Source: an uncultured Actinomycetota bacterium
Lineage (GTDB): Bacteria > Actinomycetota > Actinomycetes > JAHEKZ01
Assembly: GCA_963829525.1 (NCBI GenBank)
Contig: CAWHIJ010000003.1
Location: forward strand, 2,176,001 to 2,240,000
Length of the DNA: 64,000 nucleotides
Reading direction: 5' to 3'
The notes under the pieces are model-generated. The model searched no databases. It was not told the origin of the DNA and worked only from the letters and a program-made list of their open reading frames with translations. Numbering within the stretch: the stretch's first letter is position 1; each line of letters opens with the position of its first letter. A program made the position numbers and the translations under genes. Of this stretch, positions 41,111 through 51,945 are shown one piece after another.

Positions 41111-42604
41111 TCAGGCGTTCTGCGGGAACCCCAGGTTGATACCACCGTGGCTGGGGTCTAGCCACCTGCTGGTGACAACCTTTCCTCGGGTGTAGAAGTG
41201 CACACCCTCCATGCCATGGGCGTGGGTGTCACCGAAGAGCGAGTTCTTCCACCCACCGAACGAGTAGTAGGCCATCGGTACTGGGATCGGCACGTTGATG
41301 CCAACCATGCCGACCTCCACCTCGTTCTGAAAGCGGCGAGCCGCGCCACCATCGTTGGTGAAGATCGCAGTTCCGTTGCCGTACGGGTGGTCGTTGATCA
41401 GTTTCAAACCTTCGTCGTAGGAGTGGACACGAAGAACCGAGAGGACGGGGCCAAAAATCTCATCGCGGTAGATGCTCATGTCGGGCGTGACGTTGTCGAA
41501 GAGAGTCGGGCCGAGCCAGAAGCCGTTCGGGTCACCGTCGGGCTCCACGTCGCGCCCGTCCACAACAAGCGTTGCCCCTTCATCGACGCCGGCGGCAACA
41601 TAACCGACAACCTTGTCGCGGTGCTGCCCGGTGACCAAGGGCCCCATGTCGGAACCGCGACGGCCGTCGCCGGTTCGAAGGGTTACCATCCGCTGCTTGA
41701 TCTTGGTGACGAGCTCATCGGCGACACTCTCGACGGCGATGAGAGCCGAGATCGCCATGCATCGCTCACCAGCAGAACCGAACCCGGCGTTGATCGCCTG
41801 GTCAGCGGCGAGGTCGAGGTCGGCGTCCGGCAGAACCAGCATATGGTTCTTAGCGCCGCCAAGGGCCTGGACGCGCTTGCCGTTCTTGGTGCCGTTCTCG
41901 TAGACGTAGTGAGCGATCGGCGTGGACCCGACAAATGAGAGTGCCTTGACGTCTGGGTGGTCGAGCAGCCGGTCGACGGCGACCTTGTCTCCGTGCACGA
42001 CGTTGAAGACACCGGCGGGAAGCCCCGCCTCAGCCCACAGCTCAGCGATGTAGTTGGCCGCAGACGGGTCCTTCTCGCTCGGCTTGACGATGACGGCGTT
42101 CCCGGCGGCTATGGCGATGGGGAAGAACCACATCGGAACCATGGCAGGGAAGTTGAACGGCGAGATGATGCCGACGACTCCCAGCGGCTGCCGGATCGAG
42201 TAGACGTCGACGCGCGTTGAGACGCTCTCGGAGAACCCACCCTTGAGCAGGTGCGGGATCCCGCAGGCGAACTCCACGACCTCCTGACCGCGGGTCACCT
42301 CGCCGAGGGCGTCAGAGAGCACCTTGCCGTGCTCGGCGGTGATCAGCTCGGCAATCTCGCCCTTACGCGCGTCAAGCAACTCGCGGAACTTGAACAGCAC
42401 CTGACTGCGCTTGGTCAGCGACGCGTGGCGCCACTCACTGAAGGCCGCCGAGGCAGCGGCCACCGCCTCATCGACCAGGGCGATATCGGCAAAGTCGACC
42501 TTCCCGGAAACCTGTCCAGTCGCCGGGTCGAAGATGTCGCCTTGCCGGTCGGCGACCCCGCCGAATGCTTTGCCGTCGATCCAGTGGGTCACGTGCTTGC
42601 TCAT
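41111..42604 (-). CDS. mmsA: CoA-acylating (methyl)malonate-semialdehyde dehydrogenase
   Basis: PFNFPAMVPMW, KPSEKDP, GGAKNH, AGERCMA and VGINVPIPVP motifs. Confidence 0.93.
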   Translation of the reverse strand: MSKHVTHWIDGKAFGGVADRQGDIFDPATGQVSGKVDFADIALVDEAVAAASAAFSEWRHASLTKRSQVLFKFRELLDARKGEIAELITAEHGKVLSDALGEVTRGQEVVEFACGIPHLLKGGFSESVSTRVDVYSIRQPLGVVGIISPFNFPAMVPMWFFPIAIAAGNAVIVKPSEKDPSAANYIAELWAEAGLPAGVFNVVHGDKVAVDRLLDHPDVKALSFVGSTPIAHYVYENGTKNGKRVQALGGAKNHMLVLPDADLDLAADQAINAGFGSAGERCMAISALIAVESVADELVTKIKQRMVTLRTGDGRRGSDMGPLVTGQHRDKVVGYVAAGVDEGATLVVDGRDVEPDGDPNGFWLGPTLFDNVTPDMSIYRDEIFGPVLSVLRVHSYDEGLKLINDHPYGNGTAIFTNDGGAARRFQNEVEVGMVGINVPIPVPMAYYSFGGWKNSLFGDTHAHGMEGVHFYTRGKVVTSRWLDPSHGGINLGFPQNA

Positions 42605-42696
42605 GAAGGGAGCCTCTCGCGAGAGCGGGATGAAAGGTGAAAGCCTGCGCCAGAGTGTCGGGCTACTGATGCGGTCACTTACATACTGTAATCACT

Positions 42697-44127
42697 CTAG
42701 GAGTCGAAGCCGAGCCCGAGGCGGTCCAGGCTCCGGAGCCAGAGATTACGCCTCCCCTGCTGCTCATCGGCACGGCTGATCGACCATCTCGTGAGCTGGA
42801 TCCCGGCCGACTTCACCGGCTCGGGAGGGAAGGGAATCGGCTTCTTCCGGACCATGGCCAACTCGGTCCGCTCGGTCCGCCGGCCGTGAAGGTGGTCGAG
42901 CATCACTTGAGCTCCGAACCGGGTAGCCCCCACGCCTAAGCCGGTGTAGCCAAGGACGTACGACACCTTTGCGCCGTACGCCTGGCCCCATAGCGCGCAG
43001 AATCGCGTCGATGTGTCGATGGCACCGCCCCAGGTATGAGTGAAGCGGAGACCCTCCAACTGAGGGAAGGTCGTGAAGAAATGCTCGGCCAGCGTCACGA
43101 ACGACTCCGGACGCTGCGCGAGATCTTCACTCATTCCGTTGCCGTAGTGGTAGATCGCGTCGTAGCCGCCCCACAAGATCCGGTTGTCGGCGCTGAGCCG
43201 GTAGTAGTGGAACTGGTTGCCGGCATCGCCGATCCCCTGACGGCGATCCCATCCGATCGAAGCTAGCTGGTCGGAGCTGAGCGGTTCGGTCATGAGCACG
43301 TAGTCCCAGACCGGGATCACGTAGGAACGGGCCCGTTTGACCAAGTTGGGGAAGATGTTGGTCGCCAGCGCCACCTTCGGCGCCTGCACCTGCCCGTAGC
43401 CGGTCTTGGCGACCATCTGGCCGCCTTCTTCGTCGAGACTGACGACTTTGCTGCGTTCGAAGATGCGCACGCCAAGATTTTCAGCCGCTGCAGCCAAGCC
43501 CCATGAGAGCCGGCCAGGATTGACCAGGGCAGTGCCGTCGGGTTCGTGGAGTCCACCGAGGTAGGTGGGCGAGTGAACCTCCGCCCTCATCCGGTCGCCG
43601 TCCCAGAGCTCGATGTCGACGCCGTACTCCTTGCCCTGTTCGACATAATGACCCAGTTCGTCGACCTGCCACTGCTCGTAGGCTGCCGTCAACTCACCAT
43701 TACGTTCCCACTGCGCATCGATTCCGTAGCGAGCGATCGTCTCCTCGATCGCATCCAGGTTCTGATCCCCCAACCGCAACAGCGTGGGTAGCTCGTCAGC
43801 GAACCGATCGGCGCCGTTGGGCAGACCGTGGGTAAGGCTGGACGACACGAACCCACCGTTGCGCCCGGTCGCGGCCCAGCCGATCCGCTCGCCCTCGAGA
43901 AGGACGACATCAAGGGAAGGGTCCTCCTCTTTGGCTAACAGCGCCGCCCACAGACCGCTGAACCCGCCTCCAACCACCAGAAGGTCGCAGCGCAGATGCT
44001 CGATCAGCTGGGCACGCGGCTCGGGGGCACTGGGGTCGTCAAGCCAGAACGACTTTGGCTCGGCATCACGCAGTGACATCCGAATGCTGGTGGGACTTAC
44101 CGGGACCTCGGAACCGATTCCAGACAC
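42697..44127 (-). CDS. FAD-dependent oxidoreductase (DAO/PuuB-like amine oxidase)
   Basis: VVGGGFSGLW, ATGRNGG and GYTGLGVG motifs; directly downstream of the polyamine ABC transporter. Confidence 0.88.
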   Translation of the reverse strand: MSGIGSEVPVSPTSIRMSLRDAEPKSFWLDDPSAPEPRAQLIEHLRCDLLVVGGGFSGLWAALLAKEEDPSLDVVLLEGERIGWAATGRNGGFVSSSLTHGLPNGADRFADELPTLLRLGDQNLDAIEETIARYGIDAQWERNGELTAAYEQWQVDELGHYVEQGKEYGVDIELWDGDRMRAEVHSPTYLGGLHEPDGTALVNPGRLSWGLAAAAENLGVRIFERSKVVSLDEEGGQMVAKTGYGQVQAPKVALATNIFPNLVKRARSYVIPVWDYVLMTEPLSSDQLASIGWDRRQGIGDAGNQFHYYRLSADNRILWGGYDAIYHYGNGMSEDLAQRPESFVTLAEHFFTTFPQLEGLRFTHTWGGAIDTSTRFCALWGQAYGAKVSYVLGYTGLGVGATRFGAQVMLDHLHGRRTERTELAMVRKKPIPFPPEPVKSAGIQLTRWSISRADEQQGRRNLWLRSLDRLGLGFDS

Positions 44128-44198
44128 TTTCTCACCTCGGCACCGAGTATGGAGGACAGGGACCTGGAGCGCATCGTCGACCTGGCGGGACAGACGTC

Positions 44199-45080
44199 TC
44201 AAGATCGGTTCTTGCGGACTCCCCTGATCACCTCGGGCACCAGGACCACCACCAGAGCGATCGCGAACATGATCGCGCCGACGACGTTCGCCTCAGGTGG
44301 GATCCCACGGCCGGCCGCTCCCCAGATGTACATCGGGAACGTTACCGTCTGGCCGCTGGTGAAGTTCGTGATCACGAAGTCGTCGAACGAGAGGGAGAAG
44401 GCCAGCATGGCTCCGGCGACGATGCCGGGCAGCACAAGCGGGAAGGTCACTTTTCGGAACGTGGTCTTCTCGTCCGCGTAGAGGTCCATGGCTGCCTGTT
44501 CCAGACGCGAGTCGAGCCCGGCAATGCGCGCTTTGACTGTCACGACGACGAAGCTGATGCAGAACATGATGTGGGCGATGATGATGGTGATTCGACCGAG
44601 ACTTCCCTCTTGCTGCGCCGCGACGAAGAGGGTCAAAAGCGACGACCCCATGACGACTTCGGGTGTAGCCATCGGCATGAAGATCAGCAGGTTGGTCCCG
44701 CCGCGACCCCGGAAGTTGTGGCGCCCGATCGCAAACGCGATCAACGTGCCCAGCAGAGTCGCAACGATAGTACTGACGAGCGCGATCTCAATGCTGATGG
44801 TCAGGGCGGCGGTGATCTCAGCGTCACTCCAGACATTTAGCCAAGCAGACGTTGAGAACTCGTTCCACACGTAGTTGTACTTGCCGGCCGGGTTGTTGAA
44901 AGAGAAGAGAACTACGACAAACACCGGGATGAACATGAAGAGCAGGGCAAAGGCAGCGAAGAACTGCACGAGGTGCAGCCGCACCCAGCGGAAGCCACGA
45001 GTAGCCAGGCCCGGCTCGCGGTAGGGCGGAAGCTCGGCGAGCGCCTTTTCGCGCCGCTCCTCAATGGTTACTGTCGACAT
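44199..45080 (-). CDS. potC: Polyamine ABC transporter permease (PotC-like)
   Basis: LEQAAMDLYA EAA loop and FSLSFDDF. Confidence 0.85.
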   Translation of the reverse strand: MSTVTIEERREKALAELPPYREPGLATRGFRWVRLHLVQFFAAFALLFMFIPVFVVVLFSFNNPAGKYNYVWNEFSTSAWLNVWSDAEITAALTISIEIALVSTIVATLLGTLIAFAIGRHNFRGRGGTNLLIFMPMATPEVVMGSSLLTLFVAAQQEGSLGRITIIIAHIMFCISFVVVTVKARIAGLDSRLEQAAMDLYADEKTTFRKVTFPLVLPGIVAGAMLAFSLSFDDFVITNFTSGQTVTFPMYIWGAAGRGIPPEANVVGAIMFAIALVVVLVPEVIRGVRKNRS

Positions 45081-46075
45081 CAGACGAGCTCCTCAGTTCC
45101 AGCGCGACGGACGTAGACCGCGACCATCGCCACGATGACGAACATGAGCAGCGTCGAGAGCGCTGCCGCCAAGGGGTAGTTGCCCGTTGTCTTGAACTGG
45201 GCATCGATGGCGTTGCCCATCATCGCATCGCCAGCCGAGCCGAGGAGAGCAGCGTTCACTGGGTCACCGGCGGCCGGAATGAACGTCAGCAGAGTTCCGG
45301 CGACCACTCCGGGGAGTGAGAGCGGGAAGGTGACCTTCCGGAAGGCGGTCCACGCAGATGAGTAGAGATCGGTGGCTGCCTCGATCAGGCGGACATCGAT
45401 CCGCTCCAGACTCGCATAGAGCGGCAGCGTCATGAAGGGCAAGAAGTTGTAGGCCAGGCCAACAATGACGGCGAACGGCGTCGCCAAAACTCGATTCGGG
45501 TCGGTGATTCCGTCCGGAAAGATCTGCGTCCAACTCGGCCATGAGTCGGGAATGTTCGTCACCGTATGCAGGAAGTTGAGCAGACCGATGTTCTCCATGA
45601 AGGTCACGACCACGCCGTCATCAACCAAGATCGTTTGCCACGCGTTCGTCCTCAACAGGAAGCTGGTGAAGAAGGGAGCAATCACCAGGACCAGTAGGAA
45701 GTTCTTCCATCGGCCCGACTTGAAGGCGATGGTGTAGGCGAGGGGATAGGCGATCAAGAGCGTGAGAACTGTCGCGATGAAGGCGTAGATCAGCGACTTC
45801 TGGAACACCGGCTTGTCAACCACATACTGGGTCCACGCGTCACTGTAGTTCGAGAACTGCCAGTCGAAGGTGAAAGAACCGTCGCCGCTGAACGCCGTGC
45901 CCGATGACAGCGACATCTTGAGGAGCACGAGAGTGGGCACGATGAAGAAAACCGCCAGCCACAGCATTCCCGGCGTAAGCAGCGCGTAGGGGGTCCAGCT
46001 GTGACCCCCCACTGGCCGAGCAGTGTCATCGGCTGGGGCCTTGGTGCCGGCGCCAGGTACAGGTGCCGCGCTCAC
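45080..46075 (-). CDS. potB: Polyamine ABC transporter permease (PotB-like)
   Basis: YNFLPFMTLPLYASLERID, LIEAATDL and FPLSLPG. Confidence 0.85.
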   Translation of the reverse strand: MSAAPVPGAGTKAPADDTARPVGGHSWTPYALLTPGMLWLAVFFIVPTLVLLKMSLSSGTAFSGDGSFTFDWQFSNYSDAWTQYVVDKPVFQKSLIYAFIATVLTLLIAYPLAYTIAFKSGRWKNFLLVLVIAPFFTSFLLRTNAWQTILVDDGVVVTFMENIGLLNFLHTVTNIPDSWPSWTQIFPDGITDPNRVLATPFAVIVGLAYNFLPFMTLPLYASLERIDVRLIEAATDLYSSAWTAFRKVTFPLSLPGVVAGTLLTFIPAAGDPVNAALLGSAGDAMMGNAIDAQFKTTGNYPLAAALSTLLMFVIVAMVAVYVRRAGTEELV

Positions 46076-47238
46076 TCGTCCCCCTCAACCTTTTCGGCGC
46101 CGGCGTCGGCGTCCTGGGTCGCGTCAAGCGCGAAGGTGTGCGCCGGGTTCCAGTGCAGCACCACATCGTCACCGGTCGAAAGAGGGCCCTCAGTAGACAT
46201 GTTCTGCGAGAAGACTCCCACTTCCTGCCCCCAGGACAGCTTGACGAGGTACTGAGTCGACACGCCGATGTAGCTGGCGTCAGTGACCACCCCGGTGACA
46301 GCATTCTCGCCTTCGGTCGGAGTGCCGCTACGGCTGATCTGCATCTTCTCCGGCCGCACCCCCACCCACACTTCGTCACGATCGGAGTGCACCCGTGCGG
46401 TCGGCATAGCCATGCGTTGGCCCTGGACCTCAAGGAGAGCGTCGCCGCCGCTCTTGCCGGTGAGCTGGCCTCTAATGAGGTTCGACTGACCGAGGAAGTT
46501 GGCGACGAAAGTTGTGACCGGGTTCTCGTAGAGCTCCATGGGCGCGCCCATCTGCTCGATCCGTCCGGCGTTCATGACCGCAATGGTGTCGGCCATCGTC
46601 ATGGCCTCTTCCTGGTCGTGGGTGACGTGGACGAAGGTGATACCGACGTCAGTCTGGATGCGCTTGAGCTCAATCTGCATCTGACGGCGAAGCTTGAGGT
46701 CAAGGGCCCCAAGTGGCTCGTCAAGCAGGAGAACCTCCGGCTTGTTGATCAGAGCCCTCGCAACGGCAACTCGCTGCTGTTGACCACCGGATAGCTGAGT
46801 GGGTTTGCGCCTGGCATAGCTGGAGAGCTCGACGAGCTCGAGCATCGCCTCGACCTCGTTGCGCACGTCTTTCTTCTTGGACCTCCGCAGCCCGAACGCG
46901 ACGTTCTCAAAGATGTCCAGGTGCGGGAAGAGCGCGTACGACTGAAAGACTGTGTTCACCGGCCGCTGGTACGGCTTGCGGTGGGTGACGTCCTCAGCAC
47001 CTATGACGATCCGACCCTCGCTCGGCTCTTCAAGCCCGGCGACCATCCGCAGCGTGGTTGTCTTCCCACACCCCGATGGCCCCAGAAGGGCGAAGAACGA
47101 CCCCGAAGGGATCGTGAGCGTCAGGTCGTCGACAGCCTTGAAGCTGCCGAAGCGCTTCGTGACATCGACGATATGAAGGTCGGCACCGCCCCCGGTCGAG
47201 GTGGATTCGGCAGCTGGGGAGGGGGTCTGTTCGCTCAT
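46072..47238 (-). CDS. potA: Polyamine ABC transporter ATP-binding protein (PotA-like)
   Basis: GPSGCGKTT, RPVNTVFQSYALFPH, LSGGQQQR, LLLDEP and C-terminal TOBE region. Confidence 0.9.
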   Translation of the reverse strand: MSEQTPSPAAESTSTGGGADLHIVDVTKRFGSFKAVDDLTLTIPSGSFFALLGPSGCGKTTTLRMVAGLEEPSEGRIVIGAEDVTHRKPYQRPVNTVFQSYALFPHLDIFENVAFGLRRSKKKDVRNEVEAMLELVELSSYARRKPTQLSGGQQQRVAVARALINKPEVLLLDEPLGALDLKLRRQMQIELKRIQTDVGITFVHVTHDQEEAMTMADTIAVMNAGRIEQMGAPMELYENPVTTFVANFLGQSNLIRGQLTGKSGGDALLEVQGQRMAMPTARVHSDRDEVWVGVRPEKMQISRSGTPTEGENAVTGVVTDASYIGVSTQYLVKLSWGQEVGVFSQNMSTEGPLSTGDDVVLHWNPAHTFALDATQDADAGAEKVEGDE

Positions 47239-47290
47239 CGGTCCTGACTCGTGGGCTGGTATGGGTCGCGGGCGGGTGGCGGTGATTATC

Positions 47291-47346
47291 TCGGGTGCGC
47301 CCTTGCCACAGAGCACAAGGGCTCAGTGTGGCAAGGGCGCACCCGA
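47291..47346. terminator. Long perfect stem-loop between potD and potA (mRNA stabiliser/attenuator)
   Basis: 20-bp arms TCGGGTGCGCCCTTGCCACA / TGTGGCAAGGGCGCACCCGA. Confidence 0.75.
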
Positions 47347-47362
47347 AAAGATAGTCCTTCGA

Positions 47363-48559
47363 TCAGACCGCGATGGCCTGGAACTCCTGGGCGTACTGCG
47401 TCTCTTCTTCGTCGTTGAGGGCCTTGAAGATCGCCAACATGCCGAGCTCTTTGTCGGACGGGAAGATCAACGGGTTCGCAGCGAGCTTCGGGTCCGTCTT
47501 GGCCAGCTCCTCCTGGGCGCCCACAACCGGGCAGATGTAGTTCACCCACGCAGCCAGCTCAGCGGCCACCTTGGGGTTGTAGTAGTAGTTCATCCATGCC
47601 TCGGCGTTCGCCTTGTGTTGGGCATTGATCGGGATGAGCATGTTGTCTGACCAGAGCATCCCACCTGCCTCGGGGATGACGAACTTGATGTTTGGGTTAT
47701 CGAACTGCAGCTGGATGACGTCGCCGGACCAAGCCATGCAGGCGGCAATCGTTCCCTGGGCCAGAAGCTGGGCGTAGTTGTTGCCGGTGAACTGCCGGAT
47801 CTGGCCGGAGTCCTTCGCGGCACTCAGTGCGTCGAGCGCCGATGCCCACTCGTCCTCGGTGAAGTCGGCCGGGTCAGCACCCTGGTCGAGCAGGATCAGC
47901 CCCATCGTGTCCCGCATTTCCTTCAGCACGGTGATGGCCCCGTTGAGGTCGGGGTTGGTGAGCAGGTCAGTGATCGAGCCGACCTCGCCGGTGACGCTGG
48001 CGTCGTAGGCGATCCCAGTGACGCCAGACTGCCACGGCAACGAGTAGTCCCGGTTCGGGTCGAAGGTCGGCTCCTTCAGCGCTGGGCTGAGGTTGTCGAT
48101 GTTCGGGATGTTCGCCTTGTCGATCTGCTCCAGCCAGGTCAAGTTGATCAACTTGGAGGCCATCCAGTCGGTGAGGACGAACGAGTCGACGCCAACATCC
48201 TTGTCAGCTGCCAGGATCGGCCTGATCTTGGCGAAGTACTCCTCGTTGTCGTTGACCGGCTCGCTGTAGTTGACCTTGATACCGGTCTGATCCTGGAAGC
48301 CCTCGAGCGTTGGGTAGACCTTCTCGCCATTGACCCGCTTGGTGTCGATGTAGAGCGGCCAGTTGGCGAAGTTGAGGATCTTCTCGTCGCTGGCACCGGT
48401 GTCCGAGGTGCCGCCGCTGTCGCTGCCGCAAGCTGCGAGAAGGCTAGCACCGGCTGCGGCAGCACCCGTGGCTCCCACCCCGCGCAGGAAGCCGCGACGG
48501 GACAGACCCGTGTTACGAACGCCCGATACCGGGCTGGAGATTGGGTTCAGGTCAGTCAT
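47363..48559 (-). CDS. potD: Polyamine ABC transporter substrate-binding Tat lipoprotein (PotD-like)
   Basis: SRRGFL Tat motif, LAAC lipobox, NWPLYID, AWSGD and WSDNM; GGAGG SD. Confidence 0.88.
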   Translation of the reverse strand: MTDLNPISSPVSGVRNTGLSRRGFLRGVGATGAAAAGASLLAACGSDSGGTSDTGASDEKILNFANWPLYIDTKRVNGEKVYPTLEGFQDQTGIKVNYSEPVNDNEEYFAKIRPILAADKDVGVDSFVLTDWMASKLINLTWLEQIDKANIPNIDNLSPALKEPTFDPNRDYSLPWQSGVTGIAYDASVTGEVGSITDLLTNPDLNGAITVLKEMRDTMGLILLDQGADPADFTEDEWASALDALSAAKDSGQIRQFTGNNYAQLLAQGTIAACMAWSGDVIQLQFDNPNIKFVIPEAGGMLWSDNMLIPINAQHKANAEAWMNYYYNPKVAAELAAWVNYICPVVGAQEELAKTDPKLAANPLIFPSDKELGMLAIFKALNDEEETQYAQEFQAIAV

Positions 48560-48615
48560 GCTGGCATTTCCTCCGCGATGGTTGTGAATGAGTGCGAATC
48601 CCCTCGATTCGCCGG

Positions 48616-50103
48616 TCACCGGGATCTGAAGATGGTCCGGTGCCAGTCTTTGCGTACGACCGCGGTGCGGTCGTACATGACGTGCTTGACGTTCGTGTAC
48701 TCATCAAATGAGTACTGGCTCATGTCCTTGCCGAAGCCAGACTGCTTGTAACCGCCGTGTGGCATCTCGCTGATGATCGGGATGTGATCGTTGACCCAGA
48801 CGCATCCCGAGCGAATCTCGGCCGTCGCCCGCAACGACCGGAAGACGTCCCGCGTCCAGACCGAGGCGGCGAGCCCGAACGGAGTGTCGTTGGCCAGGCG
48901 GAGCCCTTCGTCATCATCGTCGAAGGGCAAGACGACGAGAACGGGACCGAAGAGCTCCTCCTGCACGATCTCGGAGTCCTGCGCGGCATCGATGACGAGC
49001 GTCGGTTCGTAGTACGAGCCCTTGGCAAGTTCACCACCTGGGATTTGACCACCGGTGACGATCTTGGCTCCATAGCCGCGCGCCCGCTCCACGTAGCCGG
49101 CCACGCTCTCCTGCTGTTTCCACGAGATCAGCGGCCCCTGGTCGGTGGCCGGGTCAGCGGTCGGGCCTAGTCGCACCTGCGACATCACATCAGCGACCCC
49201 TTGCACGAAAGCGTCGTAGAGCGGCCGCTGTACGTACGCCCGAGTCGCCGCCGTGCAGTCCTGCCCGGAGTTGATCAAGGACCCGGCAACAGCTCCGTGG
49301 ATCGCAGCGTCGAGGTCAGCGTCATCAAACACCACGAATGGCGCCTTGCCACCCAGCTCGAGATGGACGCGCTTGACGGTCTCTGAGGCGGTCTTCATCA
49401 CCTGCTGCCCTACTGGAGTGGAGCCGGTGAACGACACCATCGACACATCAGGGTGCGCCATGAGGTGATGACCGGCGACCGACCCGCGTCCGGTGATGAC
49501 GTTGATGACCCCTGCGGGAATCCCGGCCTCGTGCGCGGCCTCTGCGAACATCACTGAGGTCAGCGGGGTCATTTCAGCCGGTTTGAGAACGATTGTGTTG
49601 CCAGCAGCGATCGCCGGCAGGATCTTCCATCCCGCCATCTGAAGCGGGTAGTTCCACGGGGCTATAGAGCCGACCACGCCGATCGGCTCACGTCGGATGA
49701 TGGAGGTGTGGTCGCCGCTGTACTCCCCTGCCGCACGCCCTTCAAGGTTTCGGGCGGCCCCGGCGAAGAAGGCGACGTTGTCGACGGTTCCCGGGACGTC
49801 GAACTCGGTGGCCAGACGGATCGGCTTACCGGCTTGCCGGCTCTCCACCTCGGCGAACTCTGCGGCACGGGAGTTCAAGATCTGGGCGAATGCCACGAGT
49901 GCGTCAGAGCGGGCGCCCGGGGTGGCGCCGGACCAATCAGGAAATGCAGCAGCGGCCGCGGCGACGGCCGTGTCCACGTCCTCGGGTGTCGCCAGGGTGA
50001 CCTGCTGGATGACCTCTCCGTTGCTGGGGTCGACCACGTCGTCGGTCGCGCCCGCCGAGCTCTCGACGGCCTTGCCGCCGATGAAGTGGCTGGCGATCGT
50101 CAT
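48616..50103 (-). CDS. Gamma-aminobutyraldehyde dehydrogenase (copy 1)
   Basis: [33 protein letters not shown] and [11 protein letters not shown] motifs. Confidence 0.9.
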   Translation of the reverse strand: MTIASHFIGGKAVESSAGATDDVVDPSNGEVIQQVTLATPEDVDTAVAAAAAAFPDWSGATPGARSDALVAFAQILNSRAAEFAEVESRQAGKPIRLATEFDVPGTVDNVAFFAGAARNLEGRAAGEYSGDHTSIIRREPIGVVGSIAPWNYPLQMAGWKILPAIAAGNTIVLKPAEMTPLTSVMFAEAAHEAGIPAGVINVITGRGSVAGHHLMAHPDVSMVSFTGSTPVGQQVMKTASETVKRVHLELGGKAPFVVFDDADLDAAIHGAVAGSLINSGQDCTAATRAYVQRPLYDAFVQGVADVMSQVRLGPTADPATDQGPLISWKQQESVAGYVERARGYGAKIVTGGQIPGGELAKGSYYEPTLVIDAAQDSEIVQEELFGPVLVVLPFDDDDEGLRLANDTPFGLAASVWTRDVFRSLRATAEIRSGCVWVNDHIPIISEMPHGGYKQSGFGKDMSQYSFDEYTNVKHVMYDRTAVVRKDWHRTIFRSR

Positions 50104-50455
50104 CGCGTCCTCCTCGCCTCCGCCGGTTGTCGGAAAGGCCCCAATCAACCGGTGACACTTCGGTCTGACGAGGCCCTCAGCCACGCCATCGCACGCCTCG
50201 CGAGCAACGGTACTTGCTCTTCGGCCTGTCACGACATCTGGCACGGAGTCGATACGCGCTCACCTAGAGCACGAAGGACTGACGACCGATAGCCGCTGAT
50301 CCTGACAGACAACCCCGGCCCGCACCAGCGAATCCGTCGGTCTGCCTCACATTCGCGACGAAATCGTGACTTTTGAGCCATCTCGAATGTCGAATCAGGA
50401 GGTTAGACGGGCCGTAGCGGCACTTCCTGCCGCCTGCTCACCCGTTTTGAGCACG

Positions 50456-50488
50456 ACGAAGGCGGGCCCCAAAGGAACCCGCCTTCGT
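50456..50488 (-). terminator. Intrinsic terminator-like hairpin after dehydrogenase copy 2
   Basis: ACGAAGGCGGG ... CCCGCCTTCGT 11-bp arms just downstream of the stop at 50503. Confidence 0.65.
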
Positions 50489-50502
50489 TGAACTCGGGGC
50501 GA

Positions 50503-51945
50503 TCAGCTCTCGATGTTGGCCATGACGTGCTTGATCCGGGTGTAGTCGTCGAAGCCGTACATGGACAGGTCCTTGCCGTAGCCAGAGTGCTTGAAGCCTC
50601 CGTGCGGCATCTCGGCGACGAGCGGGATGTGCGTGTTGATCCAGACACAGCCGAAGTCAAGGTTCTTGGCCATCCGCATCGCGCGGCCAAAGTCCTTGGT
50701 CCAGACGCTCGAGGCGAGACCGTAGTCGACCCCGTTGCCGTACCGAAGCGCCTCGGCCTCGTCGGAGAACTTCTGGACGGTGATGACCGGGCCGAAGATC
50801 TCGCTCTGAATGACCTCGTCGTTCTGCGTCACGTCGGCGATGACGCTGGGCTTGACGAAGTAGCCGCGGTCACCGATCTTCTCACCACCTGCCGTCACCC
50901 GTGCGTGGTCTGGGAGCCGGTCGAAGAAGCCGAGCACCCGGTCGAACTGGGCAACGTTGTTGACAGGAGGAACCATGGCGTCCTCGTCGCCAGGTCCGTT
51001 CTCGTAGGTGGTCGCGGTGTTCAGCGCCTGCTCGGTGAGGGCGGCCACGAAGTCGTCGTAGACGCCAGGAGCCGCGAGCACGCGCGTCGCGGCTGTGCAG
51101 TCCTGGCCGGCATTGAAGTAACCGGCAACTGCGATCGCCTCAGCGGCCGCAGCGATATCAGCGTCGTCGAATACGATGACTGGCGCCTTGCCGCCGAGCT
51201 CGAGGTGCAGGCGCTTCAGGTCCTTGCTCGCCGACTCTGCGATCTGCATACCGGCCCGGGTCGAACCGGTGATCGAGATCAACCGTGGTGTCTTGTGGTC
51301 GACGAGTGCGCGGCCGGTGTCGCGGTCACCGGTGACCACGTTGAACACACCAGGCGGCAAGAACTCGGCGGCGATCTCAGCCATCCGCACCGTCGTGACT
51401 GGCGTGGTGTCCGATGGCTTGAGCACCGTGGTGCACCCAGCGGCAATCGCCGGGGCGAATTTCCAGACCGCCATCATCATCGGGTAGTTCCACGGCGAGA
51501 CCTGGCCGACGACACCGACCGGCTCACGACGAATCATCGACGTGTGCCCGGCCATGTACTCGCCAGCCGAACGACCCTCGAGGTTACGAGCTGCCCCGGC
51601 GAAGAACCTGAGCTGGTCGACCATCGGAGGAATTTCTTCGCTGGCGGTCAGCGCGAGCGGCTTTCCGGTGTTCTCACTCTCGAGGGCGATGAGCTCATCA
51701 GCATTGGCCTCGATGGCGTCGGCGAGCTTGAGCAAGGCCAACGAGCGCTCGGACGGGGTGCTGTCCCTCCATGTCTCGAAGGCGGTCGATGCGGCGGAGA
51801 AGGCACGATCGACGTCCTCGGCCGAGCTCTTTGCCGCCTGGGCGAAGACCTCCCCGGTGGTGGGATTGATGAGGTCCATCATCTGACCGTCGGCCGAGTC
51901 GACCGACTCGCCGTTGATGAAGTTGCGAATGACCCGGTCGCTCAC
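50503..51945 (-). CDS. Gamma-aminobutyraldehyde dehydrogenase (copy 2)
   Basis: [29 protein letters not shown] and EMPHGGFKHSGYGKDLS motifs. Confidence 0.9.
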   Translation of the reverse strand: MSDRVIRNFINGESVDSADGQMMDLINPTTGEVFAQAAKSSAEDVDRAFSAASTAFETWRDSTPSERSLALLKLADAIEANADELIALESENTGKPLALTASEEIPPMVDQLRFFAGAARNLEGRSAGEYMAGHTSMIRREPVGVVGQVSPWNYPMMMAVWKFAPAIAAGCTTVLKPSDTTPVTTVRMAEIAAEFLPPGVFNVVTGDRDTGRALVDHKTPRLISITGSTRAGMQIAESASKDLKRLHLELGGKAPVIVFDDADIAAAAEAIAVAGYFNAGQDCTAATRVLAAPGVYDDFVAALTEQALNTATTYENGPGDEDAMVPPVNNVAQFDRVLGFFDRLPDHARVTAGGEKIGDRGYFVKPSVIADVTQNDEVIQSEIFGPVITVQKFSDEAEALRYGNGVDYGLASSVWTKDFGRAMRMAKNLDFGCVWINTHIPLVAEMPHGGFKHSGYGKDLSMYGFDDYTRIKHVMANIES

